From assembly GCA_963666835.2 (NCBI GenBank), contig CAXXGO010000001.1, forward strand, positions 864,001 to 928,000: a stretch of DNA of 64,000 nt, given 5' to 3'. The stretch's first letter is position 1. Each line of letters begins with the position of its first letter. This DNA is from Phycisphaerae bacterium. GTDB lineage: Bacteria > Planctomycetota > Phycisphaerae > UBA1845. The notes beneath the pieces are model-generated. The model ran no database searches and was not told the origin of the DNA. It saw only the letters and a program-made list of their open reading frames with translations. Of the stretch, positions 18,893 to 28,367 are shown in pieces. The position numbers were made by a program, and so were the translations under genes.

Positions 18893-19507
18893 ATGAAACA
18901 CAAGCCGATTCAACATACGAAGCTGCGATGCAAATGCGGTGCGAATCTACGGATCACGGGCGCTCCGACTGGCAGGACGGTGACATGCCCAGTGTGCGAC
19001 CGTACGCTGCGTGCGGCGACCTCCGAGGAAGCGCAAGGCAACATGTTCCACTCGGCCCTTCAAGAGCTCGCTCTTCAGGAGAATACGCGCCCGCGCCTGG
19101 AGGTAGATGGGAGCGTGGCTTCCCTTGGAGCCAATGGGTTCGGGCCGGGGACTTCTCAAAGGACTTCAACCTCGGATCGTTGGTTCGAGGGCACATGCTC
19201 GAAATGCGCGCGGAGGACAGCGGTGAGAGAGTTCCCGCGCGTGGGCCTTCTGTGTTCGGATTGTTCTCAGCAACGGCAGTCAAGCAGGGTCGACGTTCAC
19301 AGATGGCGTCCTTCCGGGGTAAGGTCCGAAGATCAAGCGAACGCTCCCGTTCAACTGCCACGCTCCGTCGCAGTCATCGCAACGATGGCCGGCGCTACAT
19401 GTTCGTTGCTGGCTTTCACGCCTCTGAAGTTGGGGCCTGTGCTGATGATTGCCGCAGGCTACGCACTCTTCACATGCCGTCCGCGAGGCAGGAGAAACGA
19501 TAAGTAG
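18893..19507 (+). CDS. Hypothetical Zn-ribbon protein with C-terminal TM segments
   Basis: RBS GAGG; CKCG...CPVC, CSKC...CSDC; hydrophobic C-terminus. Confidence 0.5.
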   Translation: MKHKPIQHTKLRCKCGANLRITGAPTGRTVTCPVCDRTLRAATSEEAQGNMFHSALQELALQENTRPRLEVDGSVASLGANGFGPGTSQRTSTSDRWFEGTCSKCARRTAVREFPRVGLLCSDCSQQRQSSRVDVHRWRPSGVRSEDQANAPVQLPRSVAVIATMAGATCSLLAFTPLKLGPVLMIAAGYALFTCRPRGRRNDK

Positions 19508-20071
19508 CACGGTGTGAGGCCGCAACCAGCAGCAACAACCGGCGGCATCAATGGGCAGGGAAGTGCTTGAACCAGTGTTCCTGCAACGTACAAGAAGCCC
19601 GAGCACGGTGTCGGCTCGAGCATCGGCCCAGTTTCGGATCCATCGGATGGTACACTATTCCGGTGCACGAGGAGTTTGCAGCGTTTGCACCCTCAGCCCA
19701 CCGAGTTAGGTTCGATTGTCGAGTACCACTCAACGTGGTCATGTTGGGGGCGCCTTCATGCTATGAACCGCATGCAAGGCGCCCCCAACAACAGCTCTTG
19801 CCCTGATTGTTGCAGTCGCGTATGGACTTAGGCGTCCCTTGCGCTGATGCACTCCGACCGCCGTTTGCGAGGATGATACTTTGGAGGTTGTTGTGCGCGT
19901 TCTCTTGATGTCTGACACTCATTATCCGGATGGGGCCGGACTCTCCTCATTACAGGCAGCCGTGCGGCAGCATAACCCTGATGTTATGTAAGCGTCCGGC
20001 GAACCCCGTCGGTCAGGACTGCGGACCGGGCGCAGCAGTTGCTCGACAGTTGGCGATGTTGTTGCACAGGA

Positions 20072-21724
20072 TCAGTTAGTGGTGGCGGGTTTCCAGCGGT
20101 CGGGGAGTAGCCCGGGTAGTTCGTTGATCGGCATGGCCGCGATGCGGGTGAGCACATCGCGGAGATAGGTCATCGGCTCGACCCGGTGACGCTCACAGGT
20201 GGCGATCATGCTGAACAACGTTGCAGCGGTGCGGCCGCCATTGTCCGAGCCGACAAAAAGCCAGTTTTTGCGTCCCACGGCCACCCGACGCAGGGCGTTC
20301 TCGCTGGCGTTGTTGTCGATGGCCAGGCGACCGTCCGTGGTGTACACGCACAACGCGTCCCACTGGTTGAGCGCGTACTGAATCGCCTGGCCCATCGGGC
20401 TCTTGGGCAACAACGTACCACCACGCTCGGCCTGCTGTGATTGCAGCCACCCCCGGAGCTGCGCGAGCCGAGGCACAGCGTGCTTCTGACGCAGACGAAA
20501 ACGATTCTCGGCCAGCAACTCGTGCAGACGCCGATCGGATGCCCCGTTGACGAGTGCCGGCTTCGCCGCCTGCTTGGTTTCCTTCTTCGCCTGAGTCTCG
20601 ACGTCGTACAGTAGCCGAATGTGCGCCAGAGCTTGAGCACTGGTTGCCGGGTCACTCTTTTGCGCATCGTAAAACTTCCGCCGCGCATGCGCCCAGCACG
20701 CCACCTCCGTCACGCGACCGCCGGCCTCGCCCGCGTAGATGCCGTCATACCCGCCGAACGCGTCGGCCTGCAGATACACCCGTTCGTCTTTGCCCCAATC
20801 GCGCAGGAACGCCATTGGCCCGTCGCGACTGCGGCTCGGGGTGTACGCGAATACGGTGTACGAATGATCGGGATCCCCCAGGTAAACCCAGAACCGCCCG
20901 GTCCGCGTCTGCGTGCGGCCGCGATCCTGCACCTTCACCGGCGTGTCGTCCGTGTGGATGACCTTCGAGGACCGCACTTCGTCGACCATCAGGTCGTACA
21001 ACGGCCTCAGCAGCCCCGCACATTGCGCCGCCCAGTCGCACATCGTCGAACGGGAGATCTCGATCCCGTGTCGCTGCAGGATTCGCTCCAGCCGGTGCAT
21101 CGGCAGATGATCGCCATACTTACTGACGATGATATAGCTCAGCAGTCCGGGGGCGGCCAAACCCTTCTCGATCGGCTGCAGCGGCTTGTTCGCAGTCACG
21201 ATCTGCGGGCCGTCAGGCGAGGCGTCCTTCTCGCACTGCGGGCAGCCGTACGTCAGACGAATGTGCTCGATCACCTTCACCTTCGCCGGGATGTAGTCGA
21301 GTTGTTCGTGCGTTTCCTTGCCGATGATGTGCCGAAGCTTTCCGCAGCACGGACAGGGCTTCTCTTCTTCCGGCAAATCGTGAATGACCTTCTCGCGCGG
21401 TAGGTTCGACGGCAGACGGCGACGGCCATGACCTTTACTCCGATGCGTCGGCGCCGCCGACGTATCGCCATCATCATCCGCCGGCATCTCGGGGATAGCC
21501 TTGTCGATCAGATTCTCGAACAGCAGCATCTGTCTCGGATCCATCTTCTCCGATGACCGACCAAAGTGGCGACGCAGTAACGCCTGCACCTGATGCTGCA
21601 GATCATCGATCTTGCGGTCCTTGAGTTTCAGCTGTTCGAGGTATTCGTCTCGCTCGGATCGAAGCAGTTCGACTTCGCGTTGAAGCTGGGCGACTTGCGA
21701 CGTGTTAGGATCATCCGTGATCAT
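20072..21724 (-). CDS. tnpC: IS66 transposase TnpC
   Basis: FGRSSEK, CPCCG...CPQC, KYGDHLP, HTDDTPV, LQADAFGGY, CWAHARRKF, IDNNASENALR...GRKNWLF. Confidence 0.93.
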   Translation of the reverse strand: MITDDPNTSQVAQLQREVELLRSERDEYLEQLKLKDRKIDDLQHQVQALLRRHFGRSSEKMDPRQMLLFENLIDKAIPEMPADDDGDTSAAPTHRSKGHGRRRLPSNLPREKVIHDLPEEEKPCPCCGKLRHIIGKETHEQLDYIPAKVKVIEHIRLTYGCPQCEKDASPDGPQIVTANKPLQPIEKGLAAPGLLSYIIVSKYGDHLPMHRLERILQRHGIEISRSTMCDWAAQCAGLLRPLYDLMVDEVRSSKVIHTDDTPVKVQDRGRTQTRTGRFWVYLGDPDHSYTVFAYTPSRSRDGPMAFLRDWGKDERVYLQADAFGGYDGIYAGEAGGRVTEVACWAHARRKFYDAQKSDPATSAQALAHIRLLYDVETQAKKETKQAAKPALVNGASDRRLHELLAENRFRLRQKHAVPRLAQLRGWLQSQQAERGGTLLPKSPMGQAIQYALNQWDALCVYTTDGRLAIDNNASENALRRVAVGRKNWLFVGSDNGGRTAATLFSMIATCERHRVEPMTYLRDVLTRIAAMPINELPGLLPDRWKPATTN

Positions 21725-21786
21725 GCCAAAATGACAAGCATGTGGCATGCCAGAATGAAGCCCATGCCCGACTCCCTGGTGATGAA

Positions 21787-22164
21787 TCACGCCGGGCGGC
21801 GGAATCGTTTGCGGCGCTTGATGCTTCGCAGGTCGATCCCTTCCAGCAGCATCGCCAACTCGCTCGCCTTCAGTTCGATGCTCGTCGTATCGGGTTTGGC
21901 CACCGGCATCCGAAAGGTCCCCTTCTCCAGCCGCTTGTACCACAGTGCGTAACCGTCGCGATCCCAATAAAGGATCTTCAGCCGGTCACGGCGCCGCCCG
22001 ACGAACAGGAACAGGTGCCCGCTCAAGGGATCGTAACCCAGACCGTCCCGTACCAACACCGCCAGTGTGTCGAATCCCTTACGCAGATCGGTCCGCGACG
22101 TGCACAGGTAGACCCGAACACGCAGCCCCTGGTCAAGATCACCCAGGCTCGGCAACCTCAGCAT
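21787..22164 (-). CDS. tnpB: IS66 accessory protein TnpB
   Basis: DLRKGFDTL...LFLFVGRRRDRLKILYWDRDGYALWYKRLEKGTF. Confidence 0.93.
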   Translation of the reverse strand: MLRLPSLGDLDQGLRVRVYLCTSRTDLRKGFDTLAVLVRDGLGYDPLSGHLFLFVGRRRDRLKILYWDRDGYALWYKRLEKGTFRMPVAKPDTTSIELKASELAMLLEGIDLRSIKRRKRFRRPA

Positions 22165-22496
22165 GCCCGATGCTCCAAGACGTCCAGCACTTGCGTCAGC
22201 ATTTCACGATTCACCGTTCCCATGACTCGAACGCGCCGGCCATCCGTTAGCTCAATCTCGATCTGCCCAGCGCCGTCCCGCGCCGGATCATCAGCCAGGT
22301 GCACCGGCACGAACGAGCTGGCCTGCGCCTCCGCGTCGCGCCGAGCCAGTTGCCGCCGCCACCAGTGGAACGCGGCCTCCTTCACCCGATGCCGGCGACA
22401 CCACGCCCGGATGGACTGCCCACTGTCGGCATGCTCAGCCAGCCGCCGACGCCACGCCGATTCCTTGGTCAGATCCCGTGCTCTGCTCCTGGCCAT
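22158..22496 (-). CDS. tnpA: IS66 accessory protein TnpA
   Basis: SGQSIRAWCRRH...FHWWRRQL...FVPV...IEIELTDGRRVRV. Confidence 0.88.
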   Translation of the reverse strand: MARSRARDLTKESAWRRRLAEHADSGQSIRAWCRRHRVKEAAFHWWRRQLARRDAEAQASSFVPVHLADDPARDGAGQIEIELTDGRRVRVMGTVNREMLTQVLDVLEHRAC

Positions 22497-23007
22497 GCGC
22501 CATACCTCCTCTCGGGTAGGCATGGTGCCTCAAACGGACGTCAGATTGAAGATGGGGTCCGCCGGACGCTTACGATGTTATCGTAATATGCGAGTGAAGT
22601 GCTCGACACCTATGACGAAACCCGGCTACGCGAATACGTTGATCGGATATCTAACAGTTGCTGCTGGTGCCACACTGATAATCACTCCAGGCGTGCAGCT
22701 TTCGACTGTCAGTTACTACCATGCGGTGAGCAGTTTCGGTCGACTGGACGCGTTAGGCGTGACCTTTTATAATGAATTCGCCCGATCAGGTCAGGAACCC
22801 ATGACCGAGATCAGACTGGATTTTCTCACAAAGAATGGCACTGAAAAGGGGTAAGCTCCACAGACGTCTGCGGAGTAACGTAACGAGTGGTATGAAACCG
22901 GTGGTAAGGCCACGCCCAAGTGTCAGCGGGCGGGCAAAACCGGCCAGCCCTGACGCCCGTGCTGCACGAGACAACTCCAAGCGCTGAAGATCGACGACGC
23001 GGGAACT

Positions 23008-26000
23008 TCAATAGTCTAGCAGTAGTGTCCCTGGCCGCCTCGGTGTCTCACCTGCCGTAGAAAGCCGCAATCGCCCGTCCATCGTTAGCCAAGCAGCTCG
23101 AGGAAGGCGAGGGTCACCCTCGACCGTTGTTTCCGCCGTCGAAAAATCGTAGCTTTGCCACTCGGGTTGTCCAGCTAAACGATATCGCAATTCGACAAAC
23201 TCCATCTGCCGCCGCTTGAACGCTTCCGGGCCACCAATCGCTTCGAGAAAGGAATTCACGAGCGTGCCGTGCTGTATTTCGTACCGATCGATAGCCCCAA
23301 AGCAGTGCGATGCGTCCGCCTCGTCGGCATGTTCCGTGACACACATAGTGAATCGCGTCCGCAATTCACCAAGTGAGTCAGTGATTTCATCCAGCGAAAG
23401 CGTGAATGTGTACTCTGTCTCTGGGGTCCATCGGAGCTCGTCATTGCGGATGCTTGCGTAGTTCTGATCGCGTTTGTCTGGCTTGCGCTTGAAACCATAG
23501 AAGCCGTCATTCACGCCAATCCCGTTGAAGCAGTTCCTATGCTCCTCGCCAAAGCCAGAGTTGTTCCATACTGAGAAGATGTGTCGGTATCGGGACGGGT
23601 CGGCTTCATAAGGGCGGAACTGAAGTCCTGCATATCCCTCATTGAACCGCATGGCACAATAATAGGTGTGGGCGAGCTCAAGCACCCTAATACGCATGCT
23701 GGTCTCTGCGAAGTGTTCATTCCCACTCAGATGGACGAATCGACCGTGGAGGGCGCGCCGAGCCCGCCCATCATAAGTGAACACTGGATACGAGATTGTT
23801 CGTGGCACACTCTCAGAGGACACAACATAGTAAATCCTGCACAGCGCCTGTTGTTCAAGCGTCAGGTCCGGCTGATAGCTGAGGTTTCTTGGCGGCGATA
23901 GCACAAGGAGACCCCTCTCGCCAGGAGCGAGCCTGCTCGGGCCGACAGCAGGTATCGAGTAGGTGTTTTCGTCAGTCTCAAGCTCCGCCCACCATTCCAC
24001 AATCTCGATCGTGGGTGACAAATCGTATGCTTGGTAAGCCAGCTCCTGCACGTTGCCGACGCCAATGTACATGTTGCGGCATAGGCCACGTGCGGCCACG
24101 GGTGGACGTGGCAAAGAGCAGTCTTCGTTCGAACGGCGCGTGATCGACTCAGCAAGCCAGCCGCCATCCTCGTCATCTACATACTCGATAGCAACCGATT
24201 CGCCGAGATTTTCAGGGGCAACATTATAGGAGATCAGGTGTTCGCAGCGATGCGCGGCTAGGTAACGAGGTTGGCTGTCCAGGATCGTGTAGGACCGCTG
24301 CTGGCCGTCTAAGGACGCAAGGATTTGCTGAAAGGGCTGGCCATGGACGCGCGCAGCAGGTGAGAACAAGCTGGTCAAAGTCTGTACGTCTGAATCGCCG
24401 GCAGCCTGCAGGAGTACGTTGGTTACGTGCGGTACCGTACCTGGGTCTGGTGATGTAGCAGCTTGGGCCACGTGGATGGTGATTACCTCTTCGTCTTCCA
24501 GAGCCGGATTCCCGTCATCGCTGACAGTGAAACGTACGTCCACGTGCTCGCCATACTGGCCAGGTCGAGGCGTCCAGCTGAATGTTTGGTTGATAGGGTC
24601 GAAGTTCGCTCCTTTGGGGAGATTGGAGGCGCGGTATGTAAGGATGGTGTTATGGTCAGGATCAACAGCGGATACGGCAAATGAGAGGAGTTCGCCCTCG
24701 GTTACCGTCGCATCGTCGATGCGCGTCATGGCTGGTGCGAGATTGCATTCTCCGTGCCAGCCGCATGCGGGCCCCGGGCACGCGCCGGGGCCACTCAGGC
24801 AGTACGTGGACGTTATGTAGTCGTTGATGTCAACATCAAGATCGCCATCGAGATCATGCGAGAGACAGGCCGCGTTCGAACAGAGGGTCGTGCCCGATGC
24901 GAAGCACCGTTGGAAATCCGCGAAATCGTGAAGATCGACATCGCCATCGTTATCCACGTCGTTACGGTGGGGCGGGGGCCGGATCACGCGAGCAAGCAAG
25001 TAGCCTTCATGAAAGTAGATGTCTGTTGTACTGATCGCCAACTGCAAGGGGGCGCCAGAGCCAGTGTAGTAATACACATACCTATGTTGGGACGCATCCT
25101 CTACGTGCGCGTCAACGACAGCCCCATCCAGCAAGAGCGCGTTGTAACGAGTCACCCAGTGACCGGCAGTATTCTGACGGTACTGGGAATCAGCTAGCCC
25201 GCCGTCGTTTCCTGAGTCGTAACGGTAGATTCCTGAGACCTCGATAGTGTACAACTCACCGTCGGCCAACGTGTGTGCTGTGAAGACCGGCGTGCCGTCG
25301 GCGGGGACGTATGCTAGCTCCCACTTCCCCCTTGACAACTCACACTCATCGGGGATCCCATTGACATCCCTGTCCACACTGTCACCCATACCAATATCGA
25401 TTGCATCGGGAACGCTGTTGAGGTTGCAGTCTTGACACTCGTCCGGCACCCCGTCGCTGTTGATGTCCGGTGCGCCAAGGTTGGCAATGTCGCACAAGTC
25501 GGGGACACCGTTTGAATTGCAGTCCGCCGCTGAGTCGGATGCGGTCTCACATTCGTCTGGAACGCCGTTCAACTGACAGTCTTCGCTTGTATGTTGGTCG
25601 ATCTCGCACGCGTCGGGAACATCGTTTGCTTGGCAATCAGCAGCGCCGCCAAGGAGGTCACAGGCATCGAGAATACCGTTCCCATCACAGTCATTGTCAA
25701 AGTAGGCGTGAACTTGTACGGCGTCCACCAGCCATCCGGTCTCGTAGTTCACAAGCTCGTCGACCGAGTCAAAATGCCAGCTGATGACGATTGTCTCTCC
25801 GATGAACGATGACAGATCCACGACGCGCATGCCCCAGGTTGCGCTGTCATCGTCCCGGCTGACGTCGTCCACGAGGTGGCCGTTGACCTCGACCCAGGCC
25901 CAATCGTATCCATCCCCGGAGCCTGCCATGCAGGCCTCCCCCTCGTATGCCGAGCAGTAACGCAATTCCACGGTTGTCGCGTATGACGGGATTTCGAAGG

Positions 26001-26418
26001 AGGCGCTGGCAAGCGTACCGCGGATCGAAGACGGAGCGTCAAAATCGCAGGTTGCATCTTGGCCATAATACGCCCATCGAAGGGAATCACACTCCTCGGG
26101 AGGGCCACACGAATCCGTTGTGTGCCACATACCCGTGGCCGACCATCCCTCTGAGGGAAACGTTCCTTCGAAGTCCTCGTACAACAAAACCGCATCGCCC
26201 GCAATCTGGCAATCGTCTGGCACGCCATCGTTGTTGCAGTCGGACACGGTTCCGCATCCAGGGAAATCACACGAGCCGCCGGATGGGCCGCAATCAATGT
26301 CACACTCGTCAGGAACGCCATTATTGTTGCAGTCTTGCCCATGTAGCGGAGCTGGCTCGGCTAGAAAGATCCCACTGATCACGGCTATCGTGAGCACTAT
26401 TCTGCGATGATTGGCCAT
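23008..26418 (-). CDS. Large secreted mosaic protein: DCNxNG repeats, jelly-roll-like domain, dockerin-like EF pair, Ig-like domain, C-terminal DUF3472-like domain
   Basis: Signal peptide; DCNNNGVPDECD repeats; DVDNDGDVDLHDFADFQRCF/DLDGDLDVDINDY; LPKGANFDP...FSWTP; GYAGLQ...IFSVW...SFLE. Confidence 0.75.
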   Translation of the reverse strand: MANHRRIVLTIAVISGIFLAEPAPLHGQDCNNNGVPDECDIDCGPSGGSCDFPGCGTVSDCNNDGVPDDCQIAGDAVLLYEDFEGTFPSEGWSATGMWHTTDSCGPPEECDSLRWAYYGQDATCDFDAPSSIRGTLASASFEIPSYATTVELRYCSAYEGEACMAGSGDGYDWAWVEVNGHLVDDVSRDDDSATWGMRVVDLSSFIGETIVISWHFDSVDELVNYETGWLVDAVQVHAYFDNDCDGNGILDACDLLGGAADCQANDVPDACEIDQHTSEDCQLNGVPDECETASDSAADCNSNGVPDLCDIANLGAPDINSDGVPDECQDCNLNSVPDAIDIGMGDSVDRDVNGIPDECELSRGKWELAYVPADGTPVFTAHTLADGELYTIEVSGIYRYDSGNDGGLADSQYRQNTAGHWVTRYNALLLDGAVVDAHVEDASQHRYVYYYTGSGAPLQLAISTTDIYFHEGYLLARVIRPPPHRNDVDNDGDVDLHDFADFQRCFASGTTLCSNAACLSHDLDGDLDVDINDYITSTYCLSGPGACPGPACGWHGECNLAPAMTRIDDATVTEGELLSFAVSAVDPDHNTILTYRASNLPKGANFDPINQTFSWTPRPGQYGEHVDVRFTVSDDGNPALEDEEVITIHVAQAATSPDPGTVPHVTNVLLQAAGDSDVQTLTSLFSPAARVHGQPFQQILASLDGQQRSYTILDSQPRYLAAHRCEHLISYNVAPENLGESVAIEYVDDEDGGWLAESITRRSNEDCSLPRPPVAARGLCRNMYIGVGNVQELAYQAYDLSPTIEIVEWWAELETDENTYSIPAVGPSRLAPGERGLLVLSPPRNLSYQPDLTLEQQALCRIYYVVSSESVPRTISYPVFTYDGRARRALHGRFVHLSGNEHFAETSMRIRVLELAHTYYCAMRFNEGYAGLQFRPYEADPSRYRHIFSVWNNSGFGEEHRNCFNGIGVNDGFYGFKRKPDKRDQNYASIRNDELRWTPETEYTFTLSLDEITDSLGELRTRFTMCVTEHADEADASHCFGAIDRYEIQHGTLVNSFLEAIGGPEAFKRRQMEFVELRYRLAGQPEWQSYDFSTAETTVEGDPRLPRAAWLTMDGRLRLSTAGETPRRPGTLLLDY

Positions 26419-26648
26419 TCCCGTTCCTCCTGGGCTGGCTTTGGCTTGCGATCGCCAGAGTCAAAGCTTGGCCTGGTCGCTGCACGGGGGTTCGCCCTTG
26501 CCGGGGCATAATACCGTCTACCAACCACGTTATCCTCCTGGCCGACATTTCCCAAATACCACACAACAGGGAGCCATCATACTCGAAACCGGCTCCCCGA
26601 TTCAAGCCATAACGGACGCCCTCGTCCTGAATCGTGCTCATCGCGTCG

Positions 26649-27972
26649 TGTCCTTCCTGAGAATCCCATCCAGGCAGCAACGACCCTGCCCAGTGGTGGA
26701 TTGGCGAGGAGACCGACCCCCAAGAACGACAGTTGCGACGCGTTCGCGGAGTGCCTGGGTGAGTATGGCGCCGGAATCTGAGGGGAAGCACGTACATCAA
26801 CCCTGGACGTCTGGTGGCAACCGACGGGCACCAACCTTCAGGCGGCCCGGCGATACCGATGATGCAAGCCGCCGACCTGCGGAACTGCGATCACCTTGCC
26901 GCATTCAGGCGCCTCAATCTCGCGGGGAATGGGCGAGTTGCGGCTCAGCGACAGATGTGCGCGAGCCTCGTGATAATACTCAAGGTAAGAAGAGAGGATG
27001 CGCCGGAGATGCCGCTCGTTGAGAACGATGACATGATTGAGGCACTCTCGGCGGACACTGCCGTGCAGCCTCTCCACGTATGGATTCTGCCATGGAGATC
27101 GTGGGGCCGTTACGACTTCTTCGATACCCATGTTCTCGATCCGCCGGCGGAAGAAGTCTCCGTAAATCGAGTCACGATCGCGAAGCAAAAAACGAGGCGA
27201 TTCGTCGAACGGAAACGCTTGGACAATCTGTTGTGCTGTCCACTGCGCTGTCGGATGAGCGGTGACGTTGAAATGCGCGACACGTCGCCGATCATGGCGG
27301 AGGACGACAAAGGCGAAGAGTATTCGAAACGTCGCTGTCGGTACCGTGAAGAAATCGATGGCGACGATGTCTCGAACATGATTATCGAGAAAGGTCCGCC
27401 ATGTTTGCGACGGGGGCTTGGGATGCCAAACTCTGTAGAGGTCGATGGTCGACTCGGCTACGTCGTGTCCAAGTAGCGCCAGCTCGGATTTGATACGCGG
27501 CGTCCCCCAAAGGACGTTCTCGCGGGACATACGCCGGATCAGCTTGCGGATCTCGGCATCGATCCTTGGACGACCGGCTTTCCGCGATCGCGACTTCCAT
27601 CGCCAGTAGAGCTTGAAACCCTGCTTGTGCCAGCGAATGACGGTTTCTGGTTGGACGATCAGCAGCGTGGAGCGCCAATTCGACCATAGGCGGGATAGCC
27701 ATACCCAGAAGATCCGGTCTCGCTTCCGGAGCCGCGGGCGTTTCGCCTTCAGCTCAAGCGCTGCGAGTTGCTGCCGGAGGGCGAGGTTCTCGGCGGCGAG
27801 CTCAGCTCGATCACTCATCACCCCGCGAATGAACAACAACATGATGCGAATCAGACCCATTTCACAGGCTCCGGCTGCCGAACATAACGACAGATGAGCA
27901 TACCTGAGACACCGAGGCCGTCAAATCGTAAGTCCTTTGTCCACAAGGCGTACGGAATATTCGGGATGGACA
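26649..27972 (-). mobile_element. Insertion sequence copy 2 (same element as 4094-5417)
   Basis: Near-identical sequence with a few SNPs (AGSTID/AESTID, SALL/STLL). Confidence 0.85.
26838..27860 (-). CDS. Transposase, integrase core (rve) domain
   Basis: Same DDE motifs as 4283-5305. Confidence 0.9.
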   Translation of the reverse strand: MGLIRIMLLFIRGVMSDRAELAAENLALRQQLAALELKAKRPRLRKRDRIFWVWLSRLWSNWRSTLLIVQPETVIRWHKQGFKLYWRWKSRSRKAGRPRIDAEIRKLIRRMSRENVLWGTPRIKSELALLGHDVAESTIDLYRVWHPKPPSQTWRTFLDNHVRDIVAIDFFTVPTATFRILFAFVVLRHDRRRVAHFNVTAHPTAQWTAQQIVQAFPFDESPRFLLRDRDSIYGDFFRRRIENMGIEEVVTAPRSPWQNPYVERLHGSVRRECLNHVIVLNERHLRRILSSYLEYYHEARAHLSLSRNSPIPREIEAPECGKVIAVPQVGGLHHRYRRAA

Positions 27973-28367
27973 GGGGTTTTCAGGACCCACAGGAGAGAAT
28001 CTGCGTCCCGGAACGTACGGTTGACGGATCGTGCGTCAAGCCGTAAGTCGTTTGGTGACAACATGTACGGAATAAACAGGAACGACAGCCATCAGAAAAG
28101 ACCTTTGCAAGCGGACGGACAACGACGAACCGGTTCACAGCTTCCGGACACTGCTCGAGGACTTGGGTACACTCGCAAAGAACCGCGTTCGCGTACGCGG
28201 TTCGTCAGAGGAGTTCTACGTGCTGACCCAACCCACTGCTCTGCAATCCCGCGCACTGGGCCTCCTCGACGTTCCCCACACACCGTAGCCAGAAAACGCG
28301 CAGCCGAACCTCGGCTTATTCACGTAACCACAAGGACTTACCGAAACCCCCGAACGAAAAGTCCGGG

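Larger units (their letters stand above)
19988..22573 (-). mobile_element. Complete IS66-family element with 8-bp target duplication GATGTTAT
   Basis: TIRs GTAAGCGTCCGGCGAACCCC / GTAAGCGTCCGGCGGACCCC; GATGTTAT at 19980-19987 and 22574-22581; three-gene layout. Confidence 0.95.
19893..22700 (+). pseudogene. Metallophosphoesterase remnant interrupted by IS66 (3' limit approximate)
   Basis: RBS GGAGG + GTG 19893: MRVLLMSDTH...HNPDV, IS66, then IVIC followed by stop/frameshift where GD is expected; later LIITPG in another frame. Confidence 0.6.

Noticed and set aside
21742..22854. 370-aa plus-strand ORF crossing the IS66 end
   Set aside because: Antisense to tnpA/tnpB and runs through the IS boundary
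22920..22956. GGGCAAAACC hairpin resembling a c-di-GMP riboswitch
   Set aside because: Second stem and GCAAA receptor layout are absent; at most a simple hairpin
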